34,481 bases of DNA from Utricularia gibba (lineage: Eukaryota > Plantae > Magnoliophyta), in contig NEEC01000090.1 of the NCBI GenBank assembly GCA_002189035.1, forward strand, positions 1-34,481, in the 5' to 3' direction. This document shows positions 1-12,654 of the stretch, in pieces. The position numbers and the translations under genes are program-made. The notes below the pieces were generated by a model, which was given only the letters and a program-made list of their open reading frames with translations, was not told where the DNA came from and ran no database searches. How positions within the stretch are numbered: position 1 is the stretch's first letter; the number at the start of each line of letters is the position of its first letter.

Positions 1-794
1 TTTTCAAACCTGCAATAAAAATAAAATGTTTCATTTATTCTCATTTTATGCAATATATAATATGGATAATTATAATTCTAATTATTCATAATTAATTTTG
101 AAATGTTGATACACAAAAATGAGGATGTTAGACTCATTCTCCATTCTATTTTATTTGCAGATTTATTAACCTCCAGAGAAAAAATGTAAATGAAATAAAT
201 AAATAAAAAAATGAGCGAACATTGATGAGGCGGGGACCAGCCTTGTGAAAAGATTAATGGAGGGCTGAAGGCGACACTTGCTTCTTCCCTGCGATGTCCA
301 TTTCATTTTTTCAAGGAGCCAGCGGTCACCACCCACCCGTGGTAAAAACTGTCGGTTAAATCTTCTTCAGTGGGCTGTTAATTCTCTGGAGAGGCACATC
401 GGACGCCTCTCTCAGGGAACATATTGCCGAAAGCTACGGTTTATGACATACGAGGATGGTACCACGGCTGTTTGGGTAAGAATCCGACCGACCAACTTCC
501 ACTCGCCTTCTGAAACACACTGTTTTTTTTAATAATGTCTCTCGTGGTTATCCTCGTTTCATGCTTATCTCAGGAGACCATGAAGGTAATAAAAAGCTTC
601 TGCGAAATGGGTTCACTGATAATACTACTACTACTGCCAGAAGGGTTTTTTATTGACCTTTTAATGTTCTGTGCATTAGTTGCCAGCATCGCCAACCACA
701 CTAATAAATATTCACTGCAGTTCCCACAGGGAGACTCATCCAGACAGCAGCAGAGGTACGCATGGATGACGCCCCCTGCCCCGCACATATCCTT

Positions 795-2124
795 TCATGG
801 CCTACCCTTGGAAGAGGATGACGCCCTTTTGATGCTTCCCTCTGAGTAAAGAGGATTTGAGAATAATCCAGAGTGGCTCCTAGGAACCACCACTTGCTTC
901 TCGACGCTTGCCCTTGAGAGGTTGAGGATGAGTTTACATGGCTCCTTCAGTCTCTGGCTGAGAGAAAGGTGCTGATGTTCCTCTTTGGGGTATTTCAGCA
1001 AACGCTTCTTCATCACCTGATCATCATCCTGCGACGTGTGGCTGAGCTTTCTGGTGAGTATGGCTCCGATGGAAACCGCCCGGCTCTCCTTTTTCAACTC
1101 CGAACCGGTGTTCTGTCGACGCCCAGACCGGGAATTCCTGTATTGCTTGTGTTTATTGGGTTGGTGGTTTTCAGCTCGTGGACCATTCTCCCCATGTGTC
1201 CTTCTGCGATAGTAAATGCCCCTGTCTGGCTCTTGCAACCCTGGTTTTGCCTCGTGGCCTTTCACATATCCATTCCCATGAACTTCTTGAGTTCGCCCAA
1301 TGATGGTTTTGTCAATGAACTTGATTACCCCATCCGGGTTCTGAAGTGGGTCACTTGTGTTGTCAGGGGCGAACGCACATTTTCTCTCCGCTACAGCTAT
1401 GGCTTCAACAGCTTTTGCGGCTTCTTCCATCTTCTTAGCTGCATTCAGTCTCATCTCTGCTATAATGATGCTGTTTTTGGTCCTTTCGATCTCTCTAATC
1501 GCCTTGCTCACTTCATATCTGGAAGCATCTTTCATCTTCTTCAACTGCTCTGAATCCACATTCGTAACCACCAGTTCTCTGTCTTCCACTTGCTGCTGCT
1601 GCTGCTGAAGCTCATCTATTCTCATTTTCTTGTTCAGCGATTCTAATGACGATTGAATTATCGAAAGAGCAAGTGAAGCCCTATTGAAACTGGACTGCGT
1701 ACGCATCAGTTCTGCAAGCATGGCTCCAGTGCAAAATGCAGGATGATGATCCACCAGAGAAGATGATGAGGCCGCCATGAAATCAGCTTTCAATCCTTGA
1801 ACAAATTTCTTTGTTGCCTCAAGTTGGTTCAAGACATTCATTGTCTCCTGTTCTTTTCTTACGAGATCTCTCTCCAACTGCTCCACTTGCTCCAGCATTT
1901 TCCCCACATCAAAGCTCTCCCTTTCGCGCTGCAAAAATGTTTCTCTCAATGCAGAAAAACCAGAGAAATGCAGTAGCATGAAAGAAAAAACTCACATGCC
2001 GTAAATGCATCATGTTGCTGCCTAATTGATCCATGGGCTTCTCTGATACAATTTCCAGTCCATAATCCAGCAGTGTCTTGGTTTCTGTAACTGTTGAGAA
2101 AGAATCCGTAGGTTCATCAGCCAT
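795..2124 (-). CDS. WEB-family (DUF827) coiled-coil protein; exons 2124-1996 and 1928-795
   Basis: The 394-aa ORF has WEB-type motifs (NVLNQLEATKKFVQGLK, SLESLNKK, AEMRLNAAKKMEEAAKAVEAIA, AVSIGAILTRKL). A 67-nt GT..AG intron (1995-1929, CAT|GTGAG ... TTGCAG|CGC) joins an in-frame 43-codon first exon. The first exon is less certain than the second. Confidence 0.8.
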
Positions 2125-2279
2125 GAAAGGCTATGCTGATCTCAAAGCTTGCACAGGTGAAAGATGGGATTCCGAAAACAGAATGTGGGATGATGATATA
2201 GTAACAAAGATAAGAAATCAGACTCATAGGGACCCTAGGGACTGGACCAAAGTGAAAGGCACACTATAGAGTATCCTCC

Positions 2280-4500
2280 TAGCATCAGAATCAAAACAAT
2301 AAATAATAACAGTAAACAAATGTCAAGCAAATGAGATGGAATCTGCTCAACGGTTAGTTGAAGTAGCAATCAGTCTGCTGGAGAAGGAAAAGGAGACTCG
2401 CGGAACCCAGAGACATTGAGATCTTGCAATCAAACCAACCCCTTATACCGTAACATGCAAAGGGTCCCCCCTCATTTATTTTAGTCCCCATCGCAGGTTG
2501 GCATACAGACCATGGTAAATTTTAAACCCAAAGATACGGAGAAGAAGTTATTCAAGAAAAAGCAAATTGAGACAGTGAATCTTTTGCATTTTTACCACGT
2601 TGGGGAATATCATATCACCTCAAAAAAGCCATGCTGCAATGCTCTAGGTGTTGAAACACACCAGAGTCCATTATTCGTCTCAAGAGAGCTGCAATGTACA
2701 TGCGTAGATGGTAATGTACCGGCCATGGAGCTAGACAGAGTATCAGTTGAAAACCGTATAGTTGAATCACAGTTGAATCCCCATGGACTTGGAATAGAAG
2801 GCCAATCTGGTCCCTATTTCATAAAGAGTGAGATATTTGAATGAAAAGTACCAACGAACTCAGCCACATTCTGATCTTTAATCTTCGTTCAAATATGCAC
2901 TGTTTCTGCTGTTGAACAAAATCTCAAGGCAATCAATGGTGCTTTCCATTTTGGCGTAACTCTTCTGCAAAAGTTACCACTATGTTCATAGTATCACACA
3001 AGAAAATCAAAAGGTTGGATGTTTAAGACTCCGTTGCTTGTAGTGTTTTTTGCTTGAACTTCCATCATTCACTAAAAAAACTGGTAAATAAATCAGAAAG
3101 CACTTGCAGTTTGCAGACACCATGTGCATCACCAGCTACCAGTATATAATGAAAACAAATCCAAGTTGGAATACCACATTCATGTGAGATGCACACAATA
3201 AAAACCAACACTTTCGAATGTATTATCTTATTCGTACCTCTCCTTGATTATCGAGAAAAAACTAGAAAAACACCAAATAAACGACAGAAAGCACTCCTAC
3301 ACCCACAGTTCTTGAAGTACATAGAGCATGCTGGCTTTTGAACTTGTAGAATTTTATGGAAGATTTAATTGCAGATCAACTTCATCATTCATGAAGGACA
3401 AGAAGCATTAAATGAATATAAACACAAATCAAGACTAGTTGCAAACGAACAGGGGACATTACGGTGGCTTATGCTATAAGAATGTTGGTGCTATTTCTGA
3501 AAGATAAACTAGAAGCCAATGGAATATTAGTAAATGTGAGAGCTACTTGCGGAGGAAAAAAAAGGAATATGGCACCACACATTGGCTCATGAGAATATTT
3601 TGAAACTGGACCAACATTTATGAACACTAACTCTGAGACATCTGTAAAAGAATTATTCAACTACACTTGAATTCTTGGTCCTCATCACAGTGCGACCATT
3701 TCAAGATCCAATGGCGCCGTTCCTCTTCTTCCTATAATAATTGCTTTTCTTGCAGATCTGGGCCATGCATAAACTCCTAGGAATTCGAAAAGAATTTAAA
3801 GGGAAGCACAAGTAACGAGAGAAAAAACGGTTCTTTTCAAGAGCAATCAAGAACAGCCCAAGTAATAGCCAAAGCATTGAATGAAGATCAGAAATAACTC
3901 CAGACCATCCGGTGCCCCGCATGCTGATCGATCAAAGCGGCTCATCCGATATGGTAACGCGTGGAGCCGCAGAAGGGAGTAAACAATGGAAGTATGGGAG
4001 CACAAACAATTAAGTTATCAGATGAATGATACAGAAGCGGTTGCCTGAAATTATTAGTCACATCTGGCGAGACTTTCCGCATATCCATGTCATCAAAATC
4101 ATGTCTAATCAACCTCGATTCCAGCACCCGACCTTGGACTCGATCTGAGACATAGGCAACGAAAAATATACACAATCCTGACCGGCCACCAAATATCCCA
4201 AGATTATTGCCCACTGTACACCCTCCATAAGAACATGCACTGAAACGCCTAAATACTGAACGAAGAGAAATGAAGAAACAATGTAGATGACACTCATTTC
4301 ATAAATCAGAACACAACTTCCATTATCGGGAACGACGACGGCCGTCTCGTAGATTCAAATTATTCATCATCACATCTGGCAAGGGTTTCCACATTGCATT
4401 GCATCCTCTCAACAAATCCAGGTCTAATCAACCTAGATTCCAGGATCGGATCCTCAACTCGATCCCAGACTCACGCTTAGTTCCAAGTTACCTCCATATT
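2280..4500 (-). other. Probable spliced non-coding leader or degenerate gene upstream of the WEB CDS
   Basis: Several canonical minus-strand splice signals (GTGAGT near 4470; pyrimidine-tract AG acceptors near 3780, 2965, 2380 and 2282). The exon-like blocks have stops in every frame checked and no recognisable protein. Confidence 0.3.
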
Positions 4501-4899
4501 CGCAACAAATGTAGGTCTAGTTTGGTAGCCAGCCGTACTTAAGTAGTGTTTAAATGTATTTGTTATTAAATAAAAGCATATAATAATAATATGTGATATA
4601 GGAACATGTGTTTGGTGGAAAGGTATTTTTGTTTAACAAAAAACATGTGTTAAAATTTTATAAATAAATAACATAAAATATCAATTTGATTTACAAATCT
4701 TGAATTTTTTTTATTTTTAATTTGAAGCACCACAAAGATAGATTTGTAGTAAGTAATCTTTTTATTTTTAATTTCAAGCACTGGAAAAATGTAGATATAT
4801 GGTATCTTGAATTTTGAAATTTTTTCTCCCTAGCATTTCTTCTAAAAACTATGGATTTTATTCTATAAATCAGTTAGCAAACACGAAACACCTATGTTG

Positions 4900-5860
4900 A
4901 ATATAAATCTAATTCAAGTTAGATCAACTCGGCCCACTTTAAGGCCCACTGTGCCAAACGAAAATCGAAATGCAAAGGCCCAACTCACACTACGTCTTAA
5001 CAAATGGGCCACATCAGGTGAGAGCCCATATTTCAACGCCAGGCGGCAGCCCATGCGCAACTTGGTCGTGAGGAATTATGTAAGAATTAAGACGAAATAT
5101 TATTTTAACAATTATATTTGCGTTTGACTCTTGTACATATAAAATATTATAAGTGTTTTTCATATATTAATTATTACATGTATAATTTATGAAGTATATT
5201 TAAAAATGAAAACAAAGCGAAGTAAAAATTCAAACGGGTATTTATGAGTATATGCTATTTTTCGATGATTTAGAAAATCTGATTATTTGTATTTTCGCTC
5301 TCACACATTAATACAAAAAAATTGTACTAAAATCATCATTTTCTCACATATATTTAACAGATGGTCAGATTTATAAATTACTCATTCTTTTATTATTATA
5401 TTCTTTCTCATATATTATATCAATAATTATTATTTTTGTCTTTTGCTTTTAGTATTTATATTTAGCAATCTTGTATTCTCTCAATTATTTGTCATTAATT
5501 AAAATTAAAAGAAAATCAATTTACCAAATTCTGATAATAATATTATCGAAAGCAACATTCATCCACTTATTTAAGCGACTTGACTCAAAGAATGATTAAA
5601 ATTACCAATGCTCCAAAGCATATTGGAACTAATCGAATTACTCTGTTCCTCTTGTAGTAGCAATACAAGTGTAGATTATTCTCAAGTCCTTTGGACTCGG
5701 ATGGAAGCATCAAAAAGGCATCATCATCCTCTTCTTAGGATGGATGATGGTCGACCTTCACATCATCTACAATTAGTTTATCAAATTCGATATTATTATG
5801 ACGAAATAATTTCAATTATCTCAATTTTTTTCAGGTATCCAGGAAACATTATTTGAGAAT
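4900..5860. repeat. About 0.95-kb intergenic module (GGCCCA-rich head plus AT-rich body), copy 1
   Basis: Aligns by eye in direct orientation to 8460-9350 and 10310-10975. The head alone recurs at 7077-7250. Shared strings include GCCCATATTTCAACGC and CATTAATTAAAATTAAAA. Confidence 0.85.
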
Positions 5861-5899
5861 TGTTGTATATATTGTGCTTGTTGGGCTCTTGTTGGTCTT

Positions 5900-6150
5900 T
5901 ATGAGGTGCTTGGTGGTAGCTGTTTCAACATAATATTTTGTCTGAGCAATCCTCACAAATATTTTCAAAAAAGAATTTTCTTAAATGCAAAACAAAACAA
6001 AATTATAGTACCGAAATTATTGGAGCCCTATGGGGCAATTGAACACCTCCATATTCACCCATTTGTATTCAGTCATTTTTATGATGTAAGTTTTTTATTT
6101 CATCATCCATCTTCTTATATAGCGTTGGAGGAGCAGAATCTATGTGTTTT
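5900..6150 (-). pseudogene. SINA-like RING gene copy 1a (promoter, exon 1 at 6076-6012, intron remnant)
   Basis: The minus strand reads MTEYKWVNMEVFNCPI, then a deletion, then RAPIIS|GT. The family TATA module (CTATATAAGAAG) is upstream. Exon 2 is not recognisable. Confidence 0.75.
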
Positions 6151-6799
6151 TAATGTTATGGATAAATATTATATTTTAGATTTATATTTTATGATAATAT
6201 TTGTGTAGAATTTTGGTATTCTAAAAAAAATCATTAAAGTTCATGGTCCAAGTCCCAAAATGAGTGAAACCCATTTTCCAAATATAGATCTTACGTAATT
6301 TGTATCTCTTTTGTGTGTGTGTGTTTTTTTTTTTTGTTAAATTCCCTTCTTTGGGGTGAGGAAGATTAAAATTCAAATATGGGATATCTAGGGATGAAAA
6401 CTAAGCCCAAGTTCATGGGCCGGTCCGAGCCGGTTCTAGGAAGTATTGGGCTTAGACCTGATCCAAATTTCATTGGGCTTTTGGCCGAGACCGGCCCAAA
6501 TTCCATCCATAGTGATATCATTCCGTACCCATCCCTTCACTGCCTTCCTTGCCCTTGAATATTCAAAATTGATATTGCAATATTTTTCTAAATTTTTGTG
6601 CTATGTGGCAGTAAATTTTGTAATGTACACAATATTGATATTCATTTTTCAAAAATTGTTAGCACATCATAGTGAATTTTGTAATATGCCTGTTTAAAGT
6701 GTAATTACATGAATTTTTATAGAATTATTATCATATGACGGTGCATTTTGTATGTGCTGGAATTAAAGTGTAGCGTTGTTTGCAAATCACACCTTTTGG

Positions 6800-7076
6800 T
6801 AGTATAGATTTTGCTCCTCCACCACTATATAAGTTGGTGATGAAATCAAAACTTACATATTAAAAATGCCCGAATACAAGTGGGTGAATATGGATGTCTT
6901 CAGCTGCCCTATCTGCTGAACGGCCCAATGAGGGCTCCTATCTTTACGGTAGTATTCTTTTTTTTTTTTTTTTTTGAAAAATTCTTATTAAAAAACATGG
7001 ATACTCATGCCCAGTGCAGCGAAGGCCACGTCGTCTGCAACGTGTGCGCATCAAAACTACATCGAAGACCACATCA
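6800..7076 (+). pseudogene. SINA-like RING gene copy 1b (ATG 6866; exon 1 to 6948; intron 6949-7014; partial exon 2)
   Basis: Reads MPEYKWVNMDVFSCPIC, then TGA at 6917 from a 1-nt loss, then NGPMRAPIFT|GT..CCAG|CSEGHVVCNVCASKL. The last CxxC pair is replaced by the intergenic module head. Confidence 0.8.
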
Positions 7077-8459
7077 AATCCAATTTCGGGTCAGGCTGGC
7101 CCATGCCACCTCCCGGATGCCACGTCAGATGAAACGAATGTTCAGTTAAATGCAAAGGCCCAGCCCGGTTCATAGAGATCGTAACAAATGGGCCAGGCCG
7201 TACGCACACCCAAATTCCAAAGCCAGATCCAATTCCATATTGCAGTCAACCAATAGGGATGAAAGTTGGGTCCTTACTCGCCACTTTGACCCTAATTCAA
7301 AAGACTTTCACCAAGTTTCGGGTTTGGATCCGGCTGAAACCGAATTATATATAATAATGATTAATATGTTCTTAATTTGATTATACAATGAGTTGGACTG
7401 GCCCAACGACATAAATTAATAAAACATTTTATAAAATTATTAAAACTAATATACAAATTAATATTATTTAAATAATTTATAGAAACTAATTTAACATTAT
7501 TATATGATTCATTAATACGGTGCAAAACACTAACCAAATTTGGCCACACAAATCATTAGTGTTTCACGTATCTTAATTATTACATGATATTACATGTATT
7601 ATTTCACCTATATATTTAAATTCTTAAATAAAGAAGAGTAAAATTGCAAACAAGGGAATGCATCATTACTACGACACAATATCTCTTATGTTACTTTCAT
7701 CACAAATTAAATAGTTGGAGTTTGACGATGACATCTCAAGTTATAATCAACATAAAAAATTTAATTTTCAAGTTTCAAAATTGCATTACACTTACTTTAA
7801 CTCTTTTTTTTTTCAAACAGTTTGTCCATGAACATATAAAATTACGTATTTGACCTTCCATATTTCCAAAAGTTTGACCTCTAATATTATTATAACGGTA
7901 TATCATTATAAATAATATCTACAAATATCATGATTATTACCCTTATGCTTTTACTCTTGTCAAACTTAAAAAATGACAATACGCGAATGTGATATAATCC
8001 TAACAATGGATTTTTATTTGTCGAATTTCATATGTGAAAAACCTTATTATGAATTTTTTTAGATGTAAATCAAAAGGGGCTCATGCTTGGGTATTCTCTG
8101 AATTATTTTGAAAAATTAAAGTGTGTTTTTCGAAATTGTGAAACTTGGGGATTCCAATATTTATATTGATTGAAATTTAAAGTGTTGCTTTTGCACTTTT
8201 CACTAAATTTAAAATAAAGAAGATTATATGCTTTTGCTTATGTTATATGCATGACTCTATAACAGTGAAATCCCAAATTGCAATGCTAGATCCAGTTCCA
8301 ACTCGGCCCAGCTCATGCCCAACTCAATCGTGAGATGAAAATCATAGTACCAAATACTATTGTAACCATTCTAGAATTTATGCAACACAATAACGCCATC
8401 CTTTAAATCAGTTAATAAACACGGAACACCTTAGTCGAATACAAATCCAATTCAAGTTT

Positions 8460-9350
8460 GATCAACCCAGCCCAATTTAAACTCTATAACACGTTGCCCC
8501 TGCTTTGTATCAAATGAGACCCAAATACAATGGCCCAACTCACACTATACATCTTAAAAATGGGCTAACTCAGTTGCGAGCCCATATTTCAACGCAAGAT
8601 CCAGTTCCAACTCGGCCCAGCTCATGCCCAACTCAGTCGTGAGGAATTACATAAGACCAAATATTATTTTAACGATTTTATTTTCGTTTGACTGCTTTAC
8701 ATATAAAATATTATAAGTATTTCTCATATGTTAATTATTACATGTATAATTTATGAAATATATTTAAAAATTTAAAACAAAGCAGAGTAAAAATTCCAAC
8801 GAGTATTTTATGATTACACATTATTTTTTCGGTGTTTTAGAAATATGATTATTTGGATTTTATTTCTCACACATGAATAAAAAAAAATTACATTAAATGT
8901 CCAATTTTCGCACACATATTATAGTTGGTCAGATTTATAAACATCTCATTCTTTTAATATTATATTTTTAATTCTTTTTTTTTTTTGTACTTTTGCTTCT
9001 GGTAGTTATATTTCGCAATCATATATTCTCTCAATTATATTTCATTAATTAAAATTAAAAAAAAATCAATTTACAAACTTCTAATAATAATATTATCGAA
9101 AGAAACATTCATCCGCTTATTTAAGGGACTTGAGTGATAGGATGATTAAAATCACTCATGTTCCAAAGCACATTGGAACTAATTGAATTACTTTGTTACT
9201 CTTGTAGTAGCAATGCAACGTCCTTTGGACCCAGAGGGAAGCAGAAAAATGCATCATCTATAATCAATTTATATTGATATTATTATGATGAATTAATTTC
9301 AATTATCTCAATTTATGTGAGAAATGAATTTTCAGGTATATTATTATTAT
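8460..9350. repeat. Intergenic module copy 2
   Basis: Direct repeat of 4900-5860. A ~46-bp segment (AGATCCAGTTCCAACTCGGCCCAGCTCATGCCCAACTC) occurs at both ~8287 and ~8597. Confidence 0.85.
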
Positions 9351-9449
9351 GCAATCCTGGAACAATCAATGTTATGGATAAATATTCATAGTTTACGGTT
9401 TCAGTCACATGCTCCAGGTTCCAGGTCGCACCAGAGTCGTGTCGACAAA

Positions 9450-9837
9450 GTGGGCACCTCAGAAATTTGTGTGAGCATACAACGTGTCCTTCGTACACTG
9501 GGCACGAGTATCCATATTTTTAAATAAGAATTGGTGTTTAATACAAAACAAAACAAAAATATAGTAGCGAAATTAATTCTTGTACTTCTTGTGAGGCCCT
9601 GGCAGCAGCAAAGGGGACAGTTGAATACCTTTGTATCGCAACAGAGATTGATGAATACAGAGGTGTTCAACTGCCCTATTTGCTGCTGCCAGGGCCTTAC
9701 AAGAAGTACAAGAATTGATTTCGCAACTGTATAGTTTATTTTGGGTTTAACAAAATTCTTATTTAAAAATACGGATACTTGTGTCCACTGTACGGAGGAT
9801 CATGTTGTCTGTACACAAAAATTATTGAGATGCCAAC
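9450..9837. repeat. Inverted repeat of SINA-like exon 1/intron/exon 2 (arms 9450-9636 and 9655-9837, 18-nt loop)
   Basis: Both arms encode VFNCP(L/I)CCCQGLTRSTRI, the intron, and C-x-x-x-HVVC in opposite orientations. Confidence 0.9.
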
Positions 9838-9864
9838 ACAAATTAAATTAGATTAATATCTGTT

Positions 9865-10300
9865 GTTTATTCAAAAAAATGAATGCTACATATTATATAT
9901 ATCTTTATCACCTCCCCCACTCTCTCTCTTACTTTTATCAAATATTGATAAAAATCTATTAATTAAATAATATGTAAAAAAGTAATACCTTCATATCAAG
10001 TTCAAATAAATTAAATTTATTTTATCATAATCTCATTAGCTAAAAACTCTTGGAACTTAAATATGTATTGTAAGTGTGGGATTGGCCAGGCCAGCCTGAC
10101 CTGAAATTGGATTTGAATCCAAGAGTTTTTAGTTAATGACATTGAACTTAAATAAAATTAATGTGAAGGTATTAATTGTTTACGTATTCTTTAATTAATA
10201 GAATTTTTATCAATATTTGATGAAGTAAGAGAGAGAGATAGAGAGAGTAGGGGAGATGATAAAAATATATATAATATTTAGTATTCAATTTTGTAATAAA
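9865..10300. repeat. AT-rich fold-back, possibly a MITE (arms ~9865-10057 and ~10118-10300)
   Basis: TCAAATATTGATAAAAAT, the CT/GA tracts and TAAAAACTCTTGGA are mirrored. No target-site duplication (TSD) was identified. Confidence 0.65.
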
Positions 10301-10309
10301 AGACCAGTT

Positions 10310-10975
10310 GGGCTTTAAACTCTACAACGCCATCCCCCTGGACTGTGCCCAATGAAAATAATCCCCCGTTATATATGAAGGCCGGACTCAACACATAAGC
10401 ATCTTGACAAACGGGGCGGGTCAGTGCAAACCCAAATTGCAGCGCCAGATCCAGTTAACTCGGCCCAGCCCATGCCCGAGTTCGACTGTTGCACAAATAA
10501 AATACCTTTAGAATTTATGCAAAATAATTACATCCATAATGCTGATATATTATAAATATTTTTCATATATTAATTAATTATGAAATATATTTACGGATTT
10601 ATAAAAAATAAAAATAAAAAGTCAACTGGATATTTACGATTAGCTATGCTTTTGCATTTAGTGATTACAATTCGTAACTCTATATTCTTTCTATTACATA
10701 TGTTTTTTTCATTAATTAAAATTAAAAGAAAATCAATTACCAAATTTGATAATAATATTATTGAAAGAGATATTCATCCATTTATTTAAACGAATTTGTT
10801 CCTCTTGTAAATTCACAATCCTTTTGTACTCGGTGGGCAGCACCAAGGGCATCATCGTCGTTTCTACCATGGCATCATCTGCAGTCACTTTATAGAGTTT
10901 GATATTATTATGGTGAAGTAATTTCAATTATCTCAATTTATAATAGAAATGAATTTCCAGGTATATTATTATCAT
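10310..10975. repeat. Intergenic module copy 3 (internally deleted)
   Basis: Shares head and tail strings with 8460-9350 and is likewise followed by a minus-strand SINA exon 2. Confidence 0.75.
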
Positions 10976-11007
10976 CATTTGAACATTATGAGTGTTAATC
11001 AGGTGAA

Positions 11008-11404
11008 TACTTTTTGTGAGCACTGCATACAGACTACCCGTCCTTCGATACACGTCCACGAGTATAGATATTTCTCAATGAGAATCTTAATTAATACGAA
11101 ACAAAATAAATGATACTTTTTACGGAAATGATGGTGGCCAACCATTTGTGTAATATATTTTTGTTTTGTATATAATAAATTCTCATATAAAAATATCAAT
11201 ACTTGTTGGGGTGTATCGTGGGACGCGTAGTATGTATGCAATGCTTGCTCACAAAAGGTAATATATTTTTGTTTTGTATATAATAAATTCTCATATAAAA
11301 ATATCAATACTTTTGGGTGTATACGCGTAGTATGTATGCAATGCTTGCTCACAAAAGGTAATATATTTTTTTTGTATATAATAAATTCTCATATAAAAAT
11401 ATCA
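11008..11404. repeat. Inverted SINA-like intron/exon 2 pair with a tandemly amplified right arm (units 11150-11256, 11258-11356, 11358-11404)
   Basis: The minus arm encodes CIEGRVVCMQCSQK and the first plus unit encodes CIVGRVVCMQCLLTK. The ~100-bp direct repeats are nearly exact. Confidence 0.85.
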
Positions 11405-12654
11405 TTACACACTATTTTTTATTTAATACACACAAAAATTAAAATATTTAGAGTTATAAATGACCAAATGACGATGTAGTATTTGGGGTGTGAAAAATTG
11501 ATTTAATGTGCAAGATCGAAAAATACGATTATCTGATATGTAAATGATTTGATTTATCTTAATTTTAATTTTTTCATTTAAATAAATTGAATAGATTCTT
11601 TACATCAAACTAACTTGTTAATATTTATATATATTATCTGAAAACTATTTTCATTAATTAATAAAATTTAGAATATGATATTTGATTTTAATTAAATCTT
11701 TATCCTATCTACATATATATTATTTAGACTATCATATCTAAAATATGCCCCCAATATGGTTTTAGTTCAATAAATGTGATATATATTACTTATTCTAGAG
11801 TTTGTATTATCACAAAGAAAGTCCACTCTTGGCCTCCTGAATAACAATTCAATTCTATCCGATAACATTGAAAGAGATGAAGCCATGTTTATATATGGGG
11901 TACAAAAAGGGGGTCATGGTCTGTGAGATCTGTTCGCTCAAATTATCAAGATCCCCAACCTAATTGTCTATCATTATTGATACTAAGATCGGACGTGTAT
12001 TGCCCATTATACCCTTTATTGCATCAAAACCCTAAGGCAATTTTATTTATTTAATCGAAGTAGAAGGATTTTTTTGTCTTATTATTATAAACAGAGATTA
12101 ATGTTACATTATCTTAGTGGGGTTCTTCTTCCAGTGTAGATTGAGGGCATAGTGGGCATCTTCTGTGTAAATTAATATCTTTATTCTAAATATATAAGTT
12201 TAGATAATTATTTTACTTTTTATAAATAGGTTCAACCCAAAACAAAATTGAATCAAACAACCAACTGAGCCGGTTTTAAAGACACCGCCGTAGGTCTACT
12301 TTAAAATTGCATAGAGTCGTTCCCCATAGCACACGCAAAGCCCACATTAATACCCATCTTAAAATTCAAATGCAGAATGGTATCTCCTAATATGTTAGAT
12401 TTTTATAATCAACGAACAACTCTTTTTATTTACTGTCATAAAGTTGCACATATAAAATAAAGTATAAATTACATCAATAATGTATATATATTATCATTGT
12501 TTGTAATGCATAATAATTATTATGCTGAATTAAAGTAAAATTACAAAGTACGTATTACAATTTTTTCTAGAATTATTAGCACAACATTATGAGTTCTGTA
12601 ATATGAATGATTAAATTGTAATGTTGTTCAAAAAGCATTAACTTTTCATAATAT

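Noticed and set aside
278-849. Short ORFs of 84, 104 and 72 aa
   Set aside because: No recognisable motifs; probably WEB 3'UTR or intergenic chance ORFs.
969-1608. Plus-strand ORFs of 194 aa and 83 aa
   Set aside because: Antisense to the WEB coiled-coil ORF, with no independent features.
4010-4400. TGATGA...CTGA pairs on the minus strand suggesting C/D snoRNAs
   Set aside because: No recognisable rRNA/snRNA antisense element or terminal stem; an Rfam scan is needed before any call.
11150-11404. Regular direct repeats that might look CRISPR-like
   Set aside because: These are ~100-bp tandem units without unique spacers, in eukaryotic DNA with no cas genes.
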